The notes beneath the pieces were generated by a model that worked only from the letters and a program-made list of their open reading frames with translations, ran no database searches and was not told the DNA's origin. Below are positions 1 to 11,562 of a DNA stretch of 64,000 nucleotides, one piece after another (position 1 is the first letter of the stretch; every line of letters starts with the position of its first letter). Made by a program: the position numbers and the translations under genes. The stretch is from Babesia bigemina (taxonomy: Eukaryota). The stretch lies in the NCBI RefSeq assembly GCF_000981445.1, contig NC_027217.1, positions 1,116,001 through 1,180,000 of the forward strand, written 5' to 3'.

Positions 1-98
1 GGCCGAACTGGATGCTGCGGAACTATATGCCTAGCCACCCCTACTTCCTGTTCCTAGGCGACTACTACAAGGACCCTGATGCCGAGGAGTCCGAATAG
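1..98 (+). CDS. 3' end of a gene entering from the left edge (partial, unknown product)
   Basis: Frame from nt 3 reads PNWMLRNYMPSHPYFLFLGDYYKDPDAEESE* with GC-rich third codon positions; TAG at 96-98. Not in the ORF track. Confidence 0.5.
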   Translation, partial: PNWMLRNYMPSHPYFLFLGDYYKDPDAEESE

Positions 99-184
99 CC
101 GCCACATCGTAACACGGTGCAATAATATAATTCTCAACTGTGCATATGCTTCGGAATACGTGATGCATACGAACCCTGAATGCG

Positions 185-2552
185 TCAACTGTATGCTGTG
201 ACGTTCATGGGATAGAGAATGGCGTTGGCGTCGCACCTAAATGGAAGGCCTACAAAATTAGATTTATCGGGGCCAACGGGCACCATTGTTCTGTAAAATG
301 TTGTGGTGGCCACTGTGCTGTGTTGTTAGTTGGGTGAAGGGGCGACCGGTGCTGCAGTGTTGGGTCTGAAACCCTTATTATACCTAGGGATGTCATGAAA
401 CGCTCAACGCATAAACTGACTTGTTGCGATTCCAGATATCCATTAGCAGGGACTGAAATGGCGGTCCAGCCAGAGTCAGATCCCGTGCAACGCAGTGGTA
501 CTGGTATTCCGAAAACTCCTCCCACTGGGCGGCAACGCGCTTCGAAAGCATGTTCACCATCTTAAGGTTCGACAGCCCGCTTTGCTTCAGTTTACGCTGA
601 GATTGGTTTGCGAAAATGAGTTACTGACGCAGCCTACCAGCACCCTAGACGTACGTTGAAAATCCACCGGCTCGAACATGTCTACCAGCCGGTAGATGTC
701 TCGGCAGATAAGGTTGAAGCACTCCTGGTCCAAGGAGCTGTGCATCGACAGCACCTCCATGAGCTTAGGTGCGTCGTATTTGACGTTGCTAGGGCATTGG
801 CGGACCACCATTGTAGATACTTCACTCATGAAGTCGCTTTTTGCGGCTATCGATGAGCAGGCTTTGAACGCAAAGACAGCCGCGTCACAAAGCTCGCGGC
901 GTCCCATCCGATGCAGATGCCTTTTGACCTCCTCTAAGCATACACCAAATGCCTGCGAACGCTGAATCTTCGATGTCTTAAGCTCAACCTTAGACACACG
1001 GTCGGCATCCCTCGGCAGAACCAGTGACAGATGCTTGCCTATTTCAGCAACACTGTGGAGAAATTGATGCATACATCACTCATACCCACCAAGCAGGAGT
1101 ATAATTGTACGGACGACTTGCAATGTTGTCGAGAATCGATAAGAACAGGGGTATGTCGTTGATCTTTAGGCTGCAAAACGCCTTCACGATGCGCCTGTGA
1201 ACATCCGGGTTCGCAACATCGGTGGCTGTGAGGCTGGACATATTACGCCGCACCATTTGCGATACGATGTCACAAATCTGGCTGTCGCGATATTTCGAAA
1301 CTGCGAAGGCTTCCACTAAGAAAATGTTTCTCGTCAGAAACAAAACGAACCTAGCTGAAGCAAATCAGCAAGCGAAGGCCTCTGCGCATGTACTGTCACC
1401 TCCTGCTGAAGGCTAAACAGGCAATGCCTGCTCGGCGCCGATACGAGGTCGCGATGTGAATTCATGACGTGGAGAGCAGGAGAAAACCTCTTCTGCACCT
1501 CCTGCGATATAGATGCAAGCAACCTGTAGTTGTAGATGGCGCATCTTCCAAAAGCCTGAGACGATTAGTTTCCGTGATAATAGCATTCTACATCATTGAA
1601 ATGCCGCAGAAGATCATATTTGTATAAATGCATTAATATGCCATAGCGAATGTTCCACCAAAGTACGATGACAAACAGAATCGAAAGTAAGTTTGACCCA
1701 ATTGACTCAACCTACCATAGCGACAGTGGCAAGTTCGCCATTCGACGCATGCTGTATGTTGTTTTCCAGACGCCTCGCTATCAATGAGAAAAGGTGCTTC
1801 GAGGAGAGCCGGCAGCTTCCGAAAGCGCCCGCTATCTGGGCCAGCTGTGGGGGCGAATAACGATCTATATTTTCCGACAGCACAATAGACAGTTTGTCTA
1901 GAATCGGTACAGCTCTCAAAGACCCCAAGTAGTGACATATCCCCGGCAGGTCTGAGACATATATCAGCGAAGGTGAGAAAGGTACCTATGAAATACTTGC
2001 TACGTTTGAGCAACTTCTTTGCGATTAACTGAAATCTCCAATCTGACGTATCAACATTTTTGGCTTCAGATAAGCGTTTTAACGCCAACACGAAGTGGTA
2101 CGCCTTTTTACGTTTGTGCCTGTGCAGTCGTTACTCGTCAGATTTGTGACCTCACCTGAAATGAATCCACGCATCTAATACGCCGTCAGCAGACGTAGCC
2201 GCTGCTATGCGTTTCGGGAACTCCCACAGATAGGATGCCGAACTCTTTGCTGCCTGGAAGGATGCTCGGTAGTTGAAGGTGATGCGTTGCGTGTTCTCTA
2301 TGGAACGGGGCACCGTATATCGTTCGACATACCGGTTCCAGTTTCCCTTACCGACGCGTTTGTGGAATCGGTAGTACGAAAATAGTCTCTGCATACGGTT
2401 TGAGCGTTTGAAACGTAGTCGAGAATAAAGGGAACCAGTACAAGAAAACTCACCTTGTCTTCTCTCAGAAATCCCAGGCATGTGGCTCCATCGCTTTCAC
2501 GTACACCGCATCCAGCCCACCGCGCACGAAGCACACACCGTAGCATGTCCAT
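185..2552 (-). CDS. Multi-exon helical-repeat protein (HPR/RAP/FASTK-like), probably an organellar RNA-binding protein
   Basis: Exon 1 2552-2454 (MDMLRCVLRARWAG..EDK) splices over a 65-bp GT-AG intron into RLFSYYRFHKRVGKG. ORF pieces 2152-2481, 1633-2091, 1707-1928, 1334-1522, 1080-1343 and 587-1072 show ~37-aa repeats such as YSPPQLAQIAGAFGSCRLSSKHLFSLIARRL. The 3' exon and stop (~185) are uncertain. Confidence 0.65.
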
Positions 2553-2857
2553 GTCGTCCAGAAAATTAACGAACTAAACGATAGCAGAAGACGTGCTATT
2601 TTGCACGGGACACCATCACAACAACGCCGACGATACAACAGCGCATCGCTACATTTGTTTAGCATATATTATTTTAACAAACACTTAGTGTGTGAGCACC
2701 CTGATGTGTGCTTAACACGGTGAAAATTGCCGACCAACCACAGACGGGATGCGTCTAATTGCTATACACAGGTTCATATTTTTACGACTAGGAATCCGGA
2801 AAACACCGCTGTCGTAACTGTGCCATATATAAAAGCGACTATAGGCAGTACAGTGAA

Positions 2858-3127
2858 ATGGATGATATTGAAGGACTCTACAGAAAAAGAACCTCTATAG
2901 AAAAGGAGATGGAGGCGTTGCTAAACTTCCTCAACAGCAAAGAATGCAAGAAGGTTGGTATGACCGGCGCACTGATAGACGAAGAGCAATACCCGCGTGC
3001 CGACGTCGATATTTACGCGGTTAGAGAAGCAAGGCACCGCGTGCGTTGCCTGGAGAACGACCTCAGGAGTATAGAGTCTCAATTGCAAAGTGCCTTGGAA
3101 GAACTGCATCAGAAATGGCAAAATTGA
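2858..3127 (+). CDS. NAS2: Proteasome assembly chaperone Nas2/PSMD9 (p27), N-terminal coiled-coil domain only
   Basis: VGMTGALIDEEQYPRADVDIYAVREARHRVRCLEND matches the Nas2_N signature (GM..pLvD.eGfPR.DiD...VR.aR..i..L.ND). The ORF stops at 89 aa with no PDZ domain. Confidence 0.85.
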   Translation: MDDIEGLYRKRTSIEKEMEALLNFLNSKECKKVGMTGALIDEEQYPRADVDIYAVREARHRVRCLENDLRSIESQLQSALEELHQKWQN

Positions 3128-4102
3128 GGTGCCACATGCGCAAACGAGCCGCTATAAGGTGGCCTCTTTGTATATCGCAACTGCCTTACTGTTCGGCGCG
3201 TGTGCAGCGGAAGGAAGACGTTTGGTACACTGGTCCCACATAACGTTGAATCGGGAATTTTCGCAGTAACCTAGACGCACTAATTTAAATTTTTCATGCA
3301 CGTTGAAATTCCACGCAACGTGGCAACCCGGGTACGCCGCATTGTAAGCACGCATATTGTGTCGCCGAGATTCGATACAGCATGTGCGAGCCAACAAGGT
3401 ACTTACGTGTGTATATCAACCCATCAGCGTTGTTAATGTGGCTCAAAACCCGGAACGGATGTGTCTACATACCTATTTTTCGACCCACTTGTCCCCATAT
3501 AGGAGCTGCGGCGACGTGGCTCGAAGCGACCACATGATGCATTAGAAACAATAAAAAACGCAATAGTACGCAATAAAAATTTTTCTCTGTAACGGTGAGC
3601 TACGCTTGCCTTTGTTAAGTTCCCCGCGAAGGGGTTCACACGTTATGCTTCACACAGCGATTCTGTGATTGTTGCAGGGGTAATAGAGCCCCTGTTGGCG
3701 TCAGCCGGTTTGCGATACAGTTCAGCGTTTTCCTCCTTGCGAAACACTGAACCTCTTATATGAGCCAACGCTAACGACGAGCGCCGTGTTCCAACAACGC
3801 CTGACTACACGCATCTGAAACGAGACCCGGTCTTCGTGGCGTCGGTGGCGTTGTGCGCATTCTGATTCTTCTTGTCCGGCAAAGGTTCTGTCAATCACTC
3901 GATTTCGTCTTCACGGCGGAATCTTTTCGCGGCGCATCAGTTCGTTTATCGGCCGCAATCCACAGCACATCCGTCGACATTGAGCGCAGACGAAGCCCTT
4001 AAATCTGCGCCCTCGGAGCATGCAGGGAGTGGCTCATTGGTTTTGTAGAACCTTTGCAGAAATCGGTTGCTGAGTTCATCCAATGCCAATTTTGCCGACA
4101 CC

Positions 4103-5314
4103 ATGACGAATCATGCTTACGCCTCGGATAACGTAGGCGTCATTGCCGATCCGAACATCTTCCCAATGATGTTCGCGGGGCCCTTAGGGCCGTCATGCGC
4201 ACACTTTCACGGGATACCCACTCCGTTCTTGCCTGTGGCTCCGAACACCATTGTGAACCCTTACCAAATTAACTTCGGAGATTGCAGGAATTCTTCACAA
4301 GGATGGAAAGATAAGGGCGGGCAGCGGCGAGCGGTTACTTCGTCGTATAGAAAAAACGTGCCAGATGCGCGAGTGCACCGAGGAAGGCCGTATCGGCCAC
4401 CCGGCGCAACAGCTCTCAGAGCAGCGTTGTTTATCGAATACGCAAAGTCCGATTTCCACCTCGTTGAAAGCGACCTTGAAGAACTATTCAGTCACTTCGG
4501 AGGGGCATCCAAAATTGACGTAAAAAATGATGTTGCCGCTGCCGAGGTTACACTAGCCGACGGCGCCGCAGGCCGTGCCGCCATAGAGGAGCTCAACGGC
4601 CTCAACATACCCAATGTAGGCATACTGCGCTGTGTCGAACTGCACGGCGGAGAGACTCTCGATCGCGCCTTGTCGAAGGCGCAGCTGTTTGAACAGAGGC
4701 AGTCCGCCAAACCATACAACGCGCCCCGAGGAGCCGATGCGAGGGTTACGCACACGAACGCCGCCTCAGACACAAAATGTAAGAGGGTCGCGCGCCTGGA
4801 ACTCATCGAGCTATTCACATACGAGCCCGAGTTCAACGTCACCGCAACCATCCTGGGACCAAACAACAACAACATTAAGTTCATAATGCGAAACTCCGGG
4901 GGGAATGTCGATATCGCAATCACAGGAAAACCGCTCAACTCAGCCCCCGTATGTGAACGCCTGCACATATCCGTATCGTCGCGCGATTACCCAGCCTACC
5001 TAAAGGCACTAGATATGCTGGAAGACCTACTCACCACGGTATGTGAAAAGTTCGTCGAATTCGTCCGCTCACGCGGCAAAGTCGTTTCAAACCTCGTTGG
5101 CTTCAAGCGCCACGAGTACCAGGAAATAAATGGCAACCTCGAATACAAAGGTGTCACAGAAAAATGGAAGTCCTGGCTAAACAAACGTTGCAACGCTTCC
5201 CCCTACAAGACAAACAACGTTAACCGCCCGCCCAGTAAAAGGGTCAACGATCGTAGTCGGGGTATCAGCAGGACGCCACCCGTGCCGAAGTCAAACATGA
5301 GGTCCGTAAAGTGA
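4103..5314 (+). CDS. RNA-binding protein with a degenerate RRM and an SF1/KHDC4(BLOM7)-like KH domain
   Basis: Single ORF, first ATG at 4103. RRM-like ESDLEELFSHFG..AEVTL..GRAAIEELNG; KH-like EFNVTATILGPNNNNIKFI..DIAITGK..RLHISVSS..KALDMLEDLL. Confidence 0.7.
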   Translation: MTNHAYASDNVGVIADPNIFPMMFAGPLGPSCAHFHGIPTPFLPVAPNTIVNPYQINFGDCRNSSQGWKDKGGQRRAVTSSYRKNVPDARVHRGRPYRPPGATALRAALFIEYAKSDFHLVESDLEELFSHFGGASKIDVKNDVAAAEVTLADGAAGRAAIEELNGLNIPNVGILRCVELHGGETLDRALSKAQLFEQRQSAKPYNAPRGADARVTHTNAASDTKCKRVARLELIELFTYEPEFNVTATILGPNNNNIKFIMRNSGGNVDIAITGKPLNSAPVCERLHISVSSRDYPAYLKALDMLEDLLTTVCEKFVEFVRSRGKVVSNLVGFKRHEYQEINGNLEYKGVTEKWKSWLNKRCNASPYKTNNVNRPPSKRVNDRSRGISRTPPVPKSNMRSVK

Positions 5315-5654
5315 TCTGCACCACCGTATCCACAACTAAAGCAACAGCACAAACACCACGCTGGCATTGTCGGGCGCACGACGCCCATGGTAACACACGC
5401 CCATAACGGGCGACCACAACACAGTCCTAAAATGTTCCACTGCTAAGGAGTGCCGCGGCGCCCAATAGACACCGTTCTTACTAGTAGCGGGTAGTGCATT
5501 CGGAGTGCCGCTCCTAAGTGCGCTGTCCCGGTGTTACTGCTGAAGCCACGAAGCGGCTGCAGCTGTCAACGCCATCTAAATAAGGCAAGTGTGCGGTCAA
5601 ACTTCGATACGCATTACGATTAGGCCTCAACCTGTTCTACACGGTGTGACGCCC

Positions 5655-6398
5655 TTAGAAGAGGCGGAACTGCTTCCTGGGGTTACCGAAAATCTGGTTC
5701 CTCTCCACCTTCAACACGTTGAAACGCACAGTCTTGGACAGAGGCCTGCACTGGCCAACGGTTACGATGTCACCGGCGTTGGGCTCGAAGCACGGCGAGC
5801 AGTGGCACGCAATGTTCTTGTGGCGTTTCTCGAAACGGTTGTATTTCTTCACGTAATGGAGGTAGTTGACGCGCATAATGATGGTGCGCTTCATTTTCGT
5901 GGAGATGACCATGCCCCTACAAGAACCATGAAACCCCAGGAACGCCAGGAAAGACACATTAAGGCAGAATCCCCAAACAACAACGGTTGCACGCAGCACG
6001 ATTCGCGCAGTACACGCGACACATACGGACCACAATGCCGATGCATAGCACGAATTACTCACTTGATGATCCTTCCACGGATGGAGACGTTGCCGGTGAA
6101 GGGGCACTTCTTGTCGATGTAGGTGCCTTCCTTGGCTTCCTTGGGGGTGGTGAAACCCATACCAACATCCCTCCAGTAGCGAGCCTTGCGGCCAAGCTTC
6201 TCGAGCTTAGCCACACTTACAGTGGGCTGCTTTTGGTAGGCTTTGTACACCTGGAAAACGGTGAAGAATGGCCGAACAACAATCACATAAACCACACGCC
6301 CGACCAGTGGCACATATTCAACGATGCCACCGCACAAATTCATAGAGGGAAATATGACAAACTCCGACGCAAATTACCTGAGCATCTCCGCGATCCAT
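5655..6398 (-). CDS. RPS11: 40S ribosomal protein S11 (uS17)
   Basis: Exons 6398-6378, 6250-6063 and 5916-5655 join in frame across GT-AG introns. Contains [35 protein letters not shown] and [26 protein letters not shown]. Confidence 0.97.
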
Positions 6399-7297
6399 CT
6401 TTACGCCAGTGGTTGTCGCTTTGTATGTGGCAACGTCGGTGCCTTTCACAACTCTTCACTGAGATAAACGTGAAAGTTTAAAATAAGGTTCCTTTCGTAC
6501 AAAATACAGCGAACCTATCCGCGGGAAATGATCGTATAGCGCGAGGAAGGCCCTCTCACAGGGCCTACGCGACGAATGGGGCAAGGTCCGGGTGGACGGA
6601 TGGGGAAATGAACACCTGTAGAACATAGTTATTGGCGCTCTACCGCCATTTTCCACGTGTATTTGGTAGTTACATGCCGCTGCCAGGCGGAGGAGAGGTG
6701 CAGCATATATGTGTGTTGGCGGCACTAAACGTTATGGCAGCGTCATAAGGTGTTCACGGTCTGTGCGTACGTTATCTCGCCCTGGTGGCAAATACGTACA
6801 CAACGTCGTAAAATATTAATGCGTTCCAACACATGGCTTTTCGTTTGCCATGTGGGTGCGTTGGCCTTCCTCTTTGGTGGCTATGTCTAGCGTTGCTCTG
6901 CGAATCATAATTTGTTTGCCGGAGAGCCGGTTTGTAGAATTCTAGATTCTGTGTGTTGTGATGGCATATGGGAGTGCGCGTATTACCTATGTGCGACGCA
7001 TTTATATGACTGCGGAAACCAGTAGCGAGCTGCCCTTAGCCTCTACACATTCCTAGTTAGGCGGCCGCGTTCAAAGTAAATTTAACTTGTATGTCTTATT
7101 TTGTATGTTTGCGGATGCCCTGTCTCTACAACGTCGTGCTTCTGTAAGGTCCGCGCGTATGCTGCTGTGATATACACAGCGCCACCATTAGATTCAGAGT
7201 ACCAACATGGCATTACACGTAAATTCGTAATGACAGACTGGTGGTAGCAGCCGAAACACATCTTGTTTTATCGCATTTATTCCTCGACAAGCCGCTC

Positions 7298-8335
7298 ATG
7301 ACTTCACTGGGAGTATGGCAGCTAAAATCCGTCCTTCTGCGTTACAGCGAAACTGGACACAGCAGCCGTGGCCTCAGATTTTACATGCGCCATCTCCTGG
7401 AGACGTTCAAGTGGCGTCACCCTCACGTTGACGTCAAGACGCAACATGAACAATATGAACTGCCTTCTGCCTTGTTCAGGTAAGCAGTAATGGATCTGGA
7501 TAAATAGCATATAAATGTTACTATAAAGCATATCGTGGGGCATTGTATCTAATTAAGGGCTGTATTGCGTATGTAGCTGTGGTTATATTTCTATTGCAGC
7601 TACCTGGATGGCTCCAAGTATGACATAAGCCTTAAGGACCTTGAGGCCAGGCATATTGAAGAAATAATGACACTGCATAGCAATTCTGCCGGTGGAATGG
7701 AGTACATGAAACATGGGCAAGCAAAAGTATGGACGACGAACAGATCTATTCAGGTACGATAAACACATATCCGTGTCATGTTAGCAAATTGCACCGATAT
7801 GCTTATGATAGTCGTTCATACTTTAAACTCTTTGGATGTATACTCATTAGGGACTCTGGAAGCCAACTCACGAGTCTCAAGCTGTGGCCTTAGCGTGGTT
7901 CAAATCTAAGGATTCATTGTGCACACGAAGGAAGATAACTACCAGGTGAGATTCGCACTTCCCTGGCTAAAAATAGCTTGCTGACGTGGAATCACAATTG
8001 CATGGCTATGCATTACATTAAAACCACTATATATGCAATCTTTCTCGAATAGTGCTATGGTCTTATAGATCACCCGCTGACGCCAATGTCAAACACGTAT
8101 TGTCGAATAGTCGTATACTGACGCCATTTCATTCAGATCACTCCCCAAGTATTCGTCGAAGTCGCTAAATTTAAATTGCGAAGCTGTCAAGGGGAACGGT
8201 CGGTGGGGAGACGAAACCATATTCCCACGAGGATTTGACCAGCAATATCTTAAAGATATATTCACGATGCCACTGATCAATCCGGAGGCACTGAAACGGC
8301 AAGCGGAGAATCAGAAGGACGAAACCAAGGCATGA
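7298..8335 (+). CDS. MRPL43: Mitochondrial ribosomal protein mL43 (L51/S25/CI-B8 family) with C-terminal extension
   Basis: Exons 7298-7479, 7600-7753, 7851-7945 and 8137-8335 splice in frame: MTSLGVWQLKSVLLRYSETGHSSRGLRFY..YLDG..VWTTNRSIQGLWKP..LPKYSSKSL..GRWGDETIFPRGFDQ. GVWQL..SSRG and SIQGxW are mL43 hallmarks. Confidence 0.85.
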
Positions 8336-8436
8336 TCCGATAATATCGTCGAAATTTTTCGCACGTCGTAAAACCATTCATTAGCTCACTAATACCCGGT
8401 GCGCAGTAAATCGCATGGAGAAAACAACGTAATTAT

Positions 8437-10385
8437 TCAAGTATCAGGTGTTTTTAAAGTTGTATCTTCAGCATCCTGTTTGTAAACAAAATCTTCAAGC
8501 ATCACGCGCAATGCCGTGAAGCCAGGGGAGCGCTCGTGGGACTTATTAAGCGCATCCTTCGCAGCTTCCAAAAGGTGCACGACATTACGGTTGCCTGGTG
8601 GAAGCACGCGAAACGGATAGAGCTTGAGTAAGTGGAAAACATCGGAAACGGGGACGCGTTGCATCAGGGCAACAACTGCATTCACATACGGCTCAGAGCA
8701 TAACGCCTCCAGCTCCATGTTAGCCGCGTAGACACGCGTCAAGGCAAAAATAGACTTCACAGTCATGTCCTTACAGCACATCAAAGACAACTGAAAATGT
8801 TGTTATTCGACGCAGAAAACGTACGTTGATAAGGTCCTTGTATACCAAACGTCTGGGGGCATCGTCCGTCACAGCCCCCAGCGTAGCCGTCATCTTGGCA
8901 ACAATGTCAGCGTTGAAATCGGCATCAGGCCTGCAGTTATGTCAATAACATCAACGGGATCATACTTGGACAAGGTGTCGTGCACGGCATTCCAGAAGAC
9001 ATCGTGCCGCCCTGGACGTTTTGCGATGGTCTGAAGCAATGGTATTACACAACTAAAAACGTACAACTACTAAATTTGAAAGTTTTAGCCCGTCGTACTT
9101 CCCATCACGAATGTACTGCGCTGTTTCCTGCAGCACCCTGCTGTATAGTTCCCGATCAACGGGAATTTTTAAAATGGAAATCGCTCGCAACACAATGGGC
9201 ATTCCGTTTGCCGTTATGCGATGGATGTTGTCACTCAACGCCTTAGAGAATACCGGGCCCAGCTCAGGAATGGGGAACTCGAATTTATCCTTCGATATGT
9301 ATCCATGTCGCTCCTGCAAAAACCGTTTGTACACCTGCACGTCGATACAAAGATCGTTCTGACTCAAGAACTTCTGAGACGTGTACGCCAAAAACAAGGA
9401 TATAACATCGCCATCCTTAAGTTTTTTAGTTCGACAAATGTCAACCAGACGCAGAGACAGGACGTTGAAAAATAAAGACGACTTATAGCCACCAATACTC
9501 AAAGATGCTGCTAATGCCCGTACGTGATGCAGTTCCATATCGTCGTACAATTCAATCGACCGTGTGCATAGAGCACGATAAAGCTCCAAGTCACGGACCT
9601 TCGCATCCGTGTTGGAAGTTATGAAGAATATGACGTCGACAATGTTGAGCTCACTTATAATCTCTATTGCCCGTTTGTTGATTCGATGCAGGTAATTACC
9701 GCCAATCTTTAGGTTTGAAATGACTTTCACCAGCAAGGACAAGGTGCCTGGGTTAGCATGCTGGATCCAAGGAGTTGACTCCTCTATTAGCTGTGAAATC
9801 AGCGGGTGCTTGTAGGGATACACCCTGCTAAGAGAATACATCAGACCTGCCATCTCCTTCCCGTCCATGTCATACGAGTTACGAGCAGCAATTGCAGAGA
9901 ACTTGTCCCACCAATCGCGGTCATCAAGCTCCAAAATAGAGTAACCATGCGCGATCATGCAAAGCTCACTAGAACGCATGGTGTGCGCAAACTTCAAAAA
10001 GTCGTGATTGTACTGTAGCAATTCGTCCCTGCTGTACAAGCATGACGAGCGTTTAATGCGTTTAACGCTATATGAGTAGCGAGGTAGCAGAGAAAAAGGA
10101 TATCAATCATTCATTGGAGAATGATACAACCAGTCATCAAAGACCTAATTTGCTAATAGACATGGAAAATGTTTATTGCTAAATACAATCGATGCAACAA
10201 TCACGGTTAATATGTGGAGTTTAAGAGACTCACCATTCCGATTTTAGCATAAGTCCAAAGTCCCTGAGGGCGTTGCAGAGATTGTGCTCGTGCACTTTGT
10301 GAATGCCGAGCACCTGCGGGTAGAGCCGTACCACGACATTGTTGACCCCCTTTACCTTGTACCCGTGCAGTGCCACAGCAGCCAT
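8437..10385 (-). CDS. Multi-exon helical-repeat protein (HPR/RAP-like)
   Basis: Exon 1 10385-10234 (MAAVALHGYKVKG..) joins exon 2 at 10067 in frame. Repeats such as MRSSELCMIAHGYSILELDDRDWWDKFSAIAARNSYDMDGKEMAGLMYSLSRV. Short exons lie around 9030-8825 and the last exon is 8790-8437. Confidence 0.7.
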
Positions 10386-10817
10386 CGTGATTCACTGACC
10401 AATAGACAAATGGAAGAGCAACCTTCAGCCAGGTTCCGAAGTATTCCATAGGAGTGAAAACAACATCCTCCAGATTATACACATTACTTCATTGATTACA
10501 TTTATAGTAGTTTTATGTTTACTTGAGGATACATATTAGCTTAAAATATATTGTAAGGCGCTATGCTTTGTACTTGAGTGTCACAAAAGGGCGGCCTCAG
10601 CCAGACAGCGAAGCAGTCGCCATAAAAATATACCAGACACTAGACAAAATGGATACTATCTGACGCTGTATTTATAGCGGAGATCATTCGCGTGAATATC
10701 CGTGAAAACCAAGTTGACGGTCACCTTGATGAAGCGCGATAAGCAACGTCTGGCGATATGTCCCCAGTAAAGGCTCCAATGTGCTAATGTAGCAAACTTA
10801 TTACTAGTTTTATACTA

Positions 10818-11562
10818 ATGGAGTCTACTGGTGATCTATATAATCGCAATTTCGGCGGGAAGTTGAAGTTAAAGCGGCTCAAAGTAAAAGGAATCCGACC
10901 AGATAAAAAAATCGGCTCAGAATCTAAACGCGATGATTCGAAAGAGAAACCTAATGACGCAAAGGAAATTACTGGCACTGGACGCATAGTATCCTCGGGT
11001 AACACTATTCAGGGGTAAGATTACATATTACATTTTCTGATTACAGTGATGTTGGAATCCATGTCGTCTTTTAATAGATGACACTGCACTCGTTACCGCC
11101 CATGTTCGGCAACGTTATACATGCTGTGATGTGCAACTGATGTTTTGCAGATTCGAGACAAAATTCGTCGAGGAGGTTGCTGTGGGCGACACGATTATTG
11201 TAAAGCATCCGATATCCAAGGACAACGAGGCGCGTACAGTACAGAGCATTATGAGCAATCGCACATTATGCATCGACGACGCGTACAGCACGGATCTTGT
11301 GACCACAAGCGTATACATTATAAGTGAGCTATATGCCGCCGCAATGATAATCCCTGCAGGGAAGCAAAAAGCCGGAGAAGACCAAACACTTCCCAACGGT
11401 CCGGACTCTATCCCAGAGAATAAAATGTCATTTGTTACTGTTAGAGAGAAATCAGGGATGTGGAGCTACAAAACAACCACAAAGGTAGTAAAGGCGCAGA
11501 TGACCGCCGAGGAGCGGCTTAACGAAAGAATTAAACACAGCCGTGATAAACACTGCTGGTAG
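10818..11562 (+). CDS. Conserved small basic protein with FRG1-like termini
   Basis: Exons 10818-11014 and 11151-11562, with a probable 36-bp intron at 11324-11359. N-terminus has Y..GGKLKLK; C-terminus has EERLNERIKHSRDKHCW. Confidence 0.75.

Noticed and set aside
5447..5511. 10-bp direct repeat GGAGTGCCGC between convergent genes
   Set aside because: Too short and only two copies; compatible with chance.
5589..6481. Plus-strand ORFs of 177 aa and 164 aa
   Set aside because: Antisense shadows of the GC-rich RPS11 gene; no protein motifs.
7946..7949. mL43 ending at the TGA at 7947
   Set aside because: The TGA lies within a GTGAG donor, and a further in-frame exon (8137-8335) gives a sensible C-terminus.
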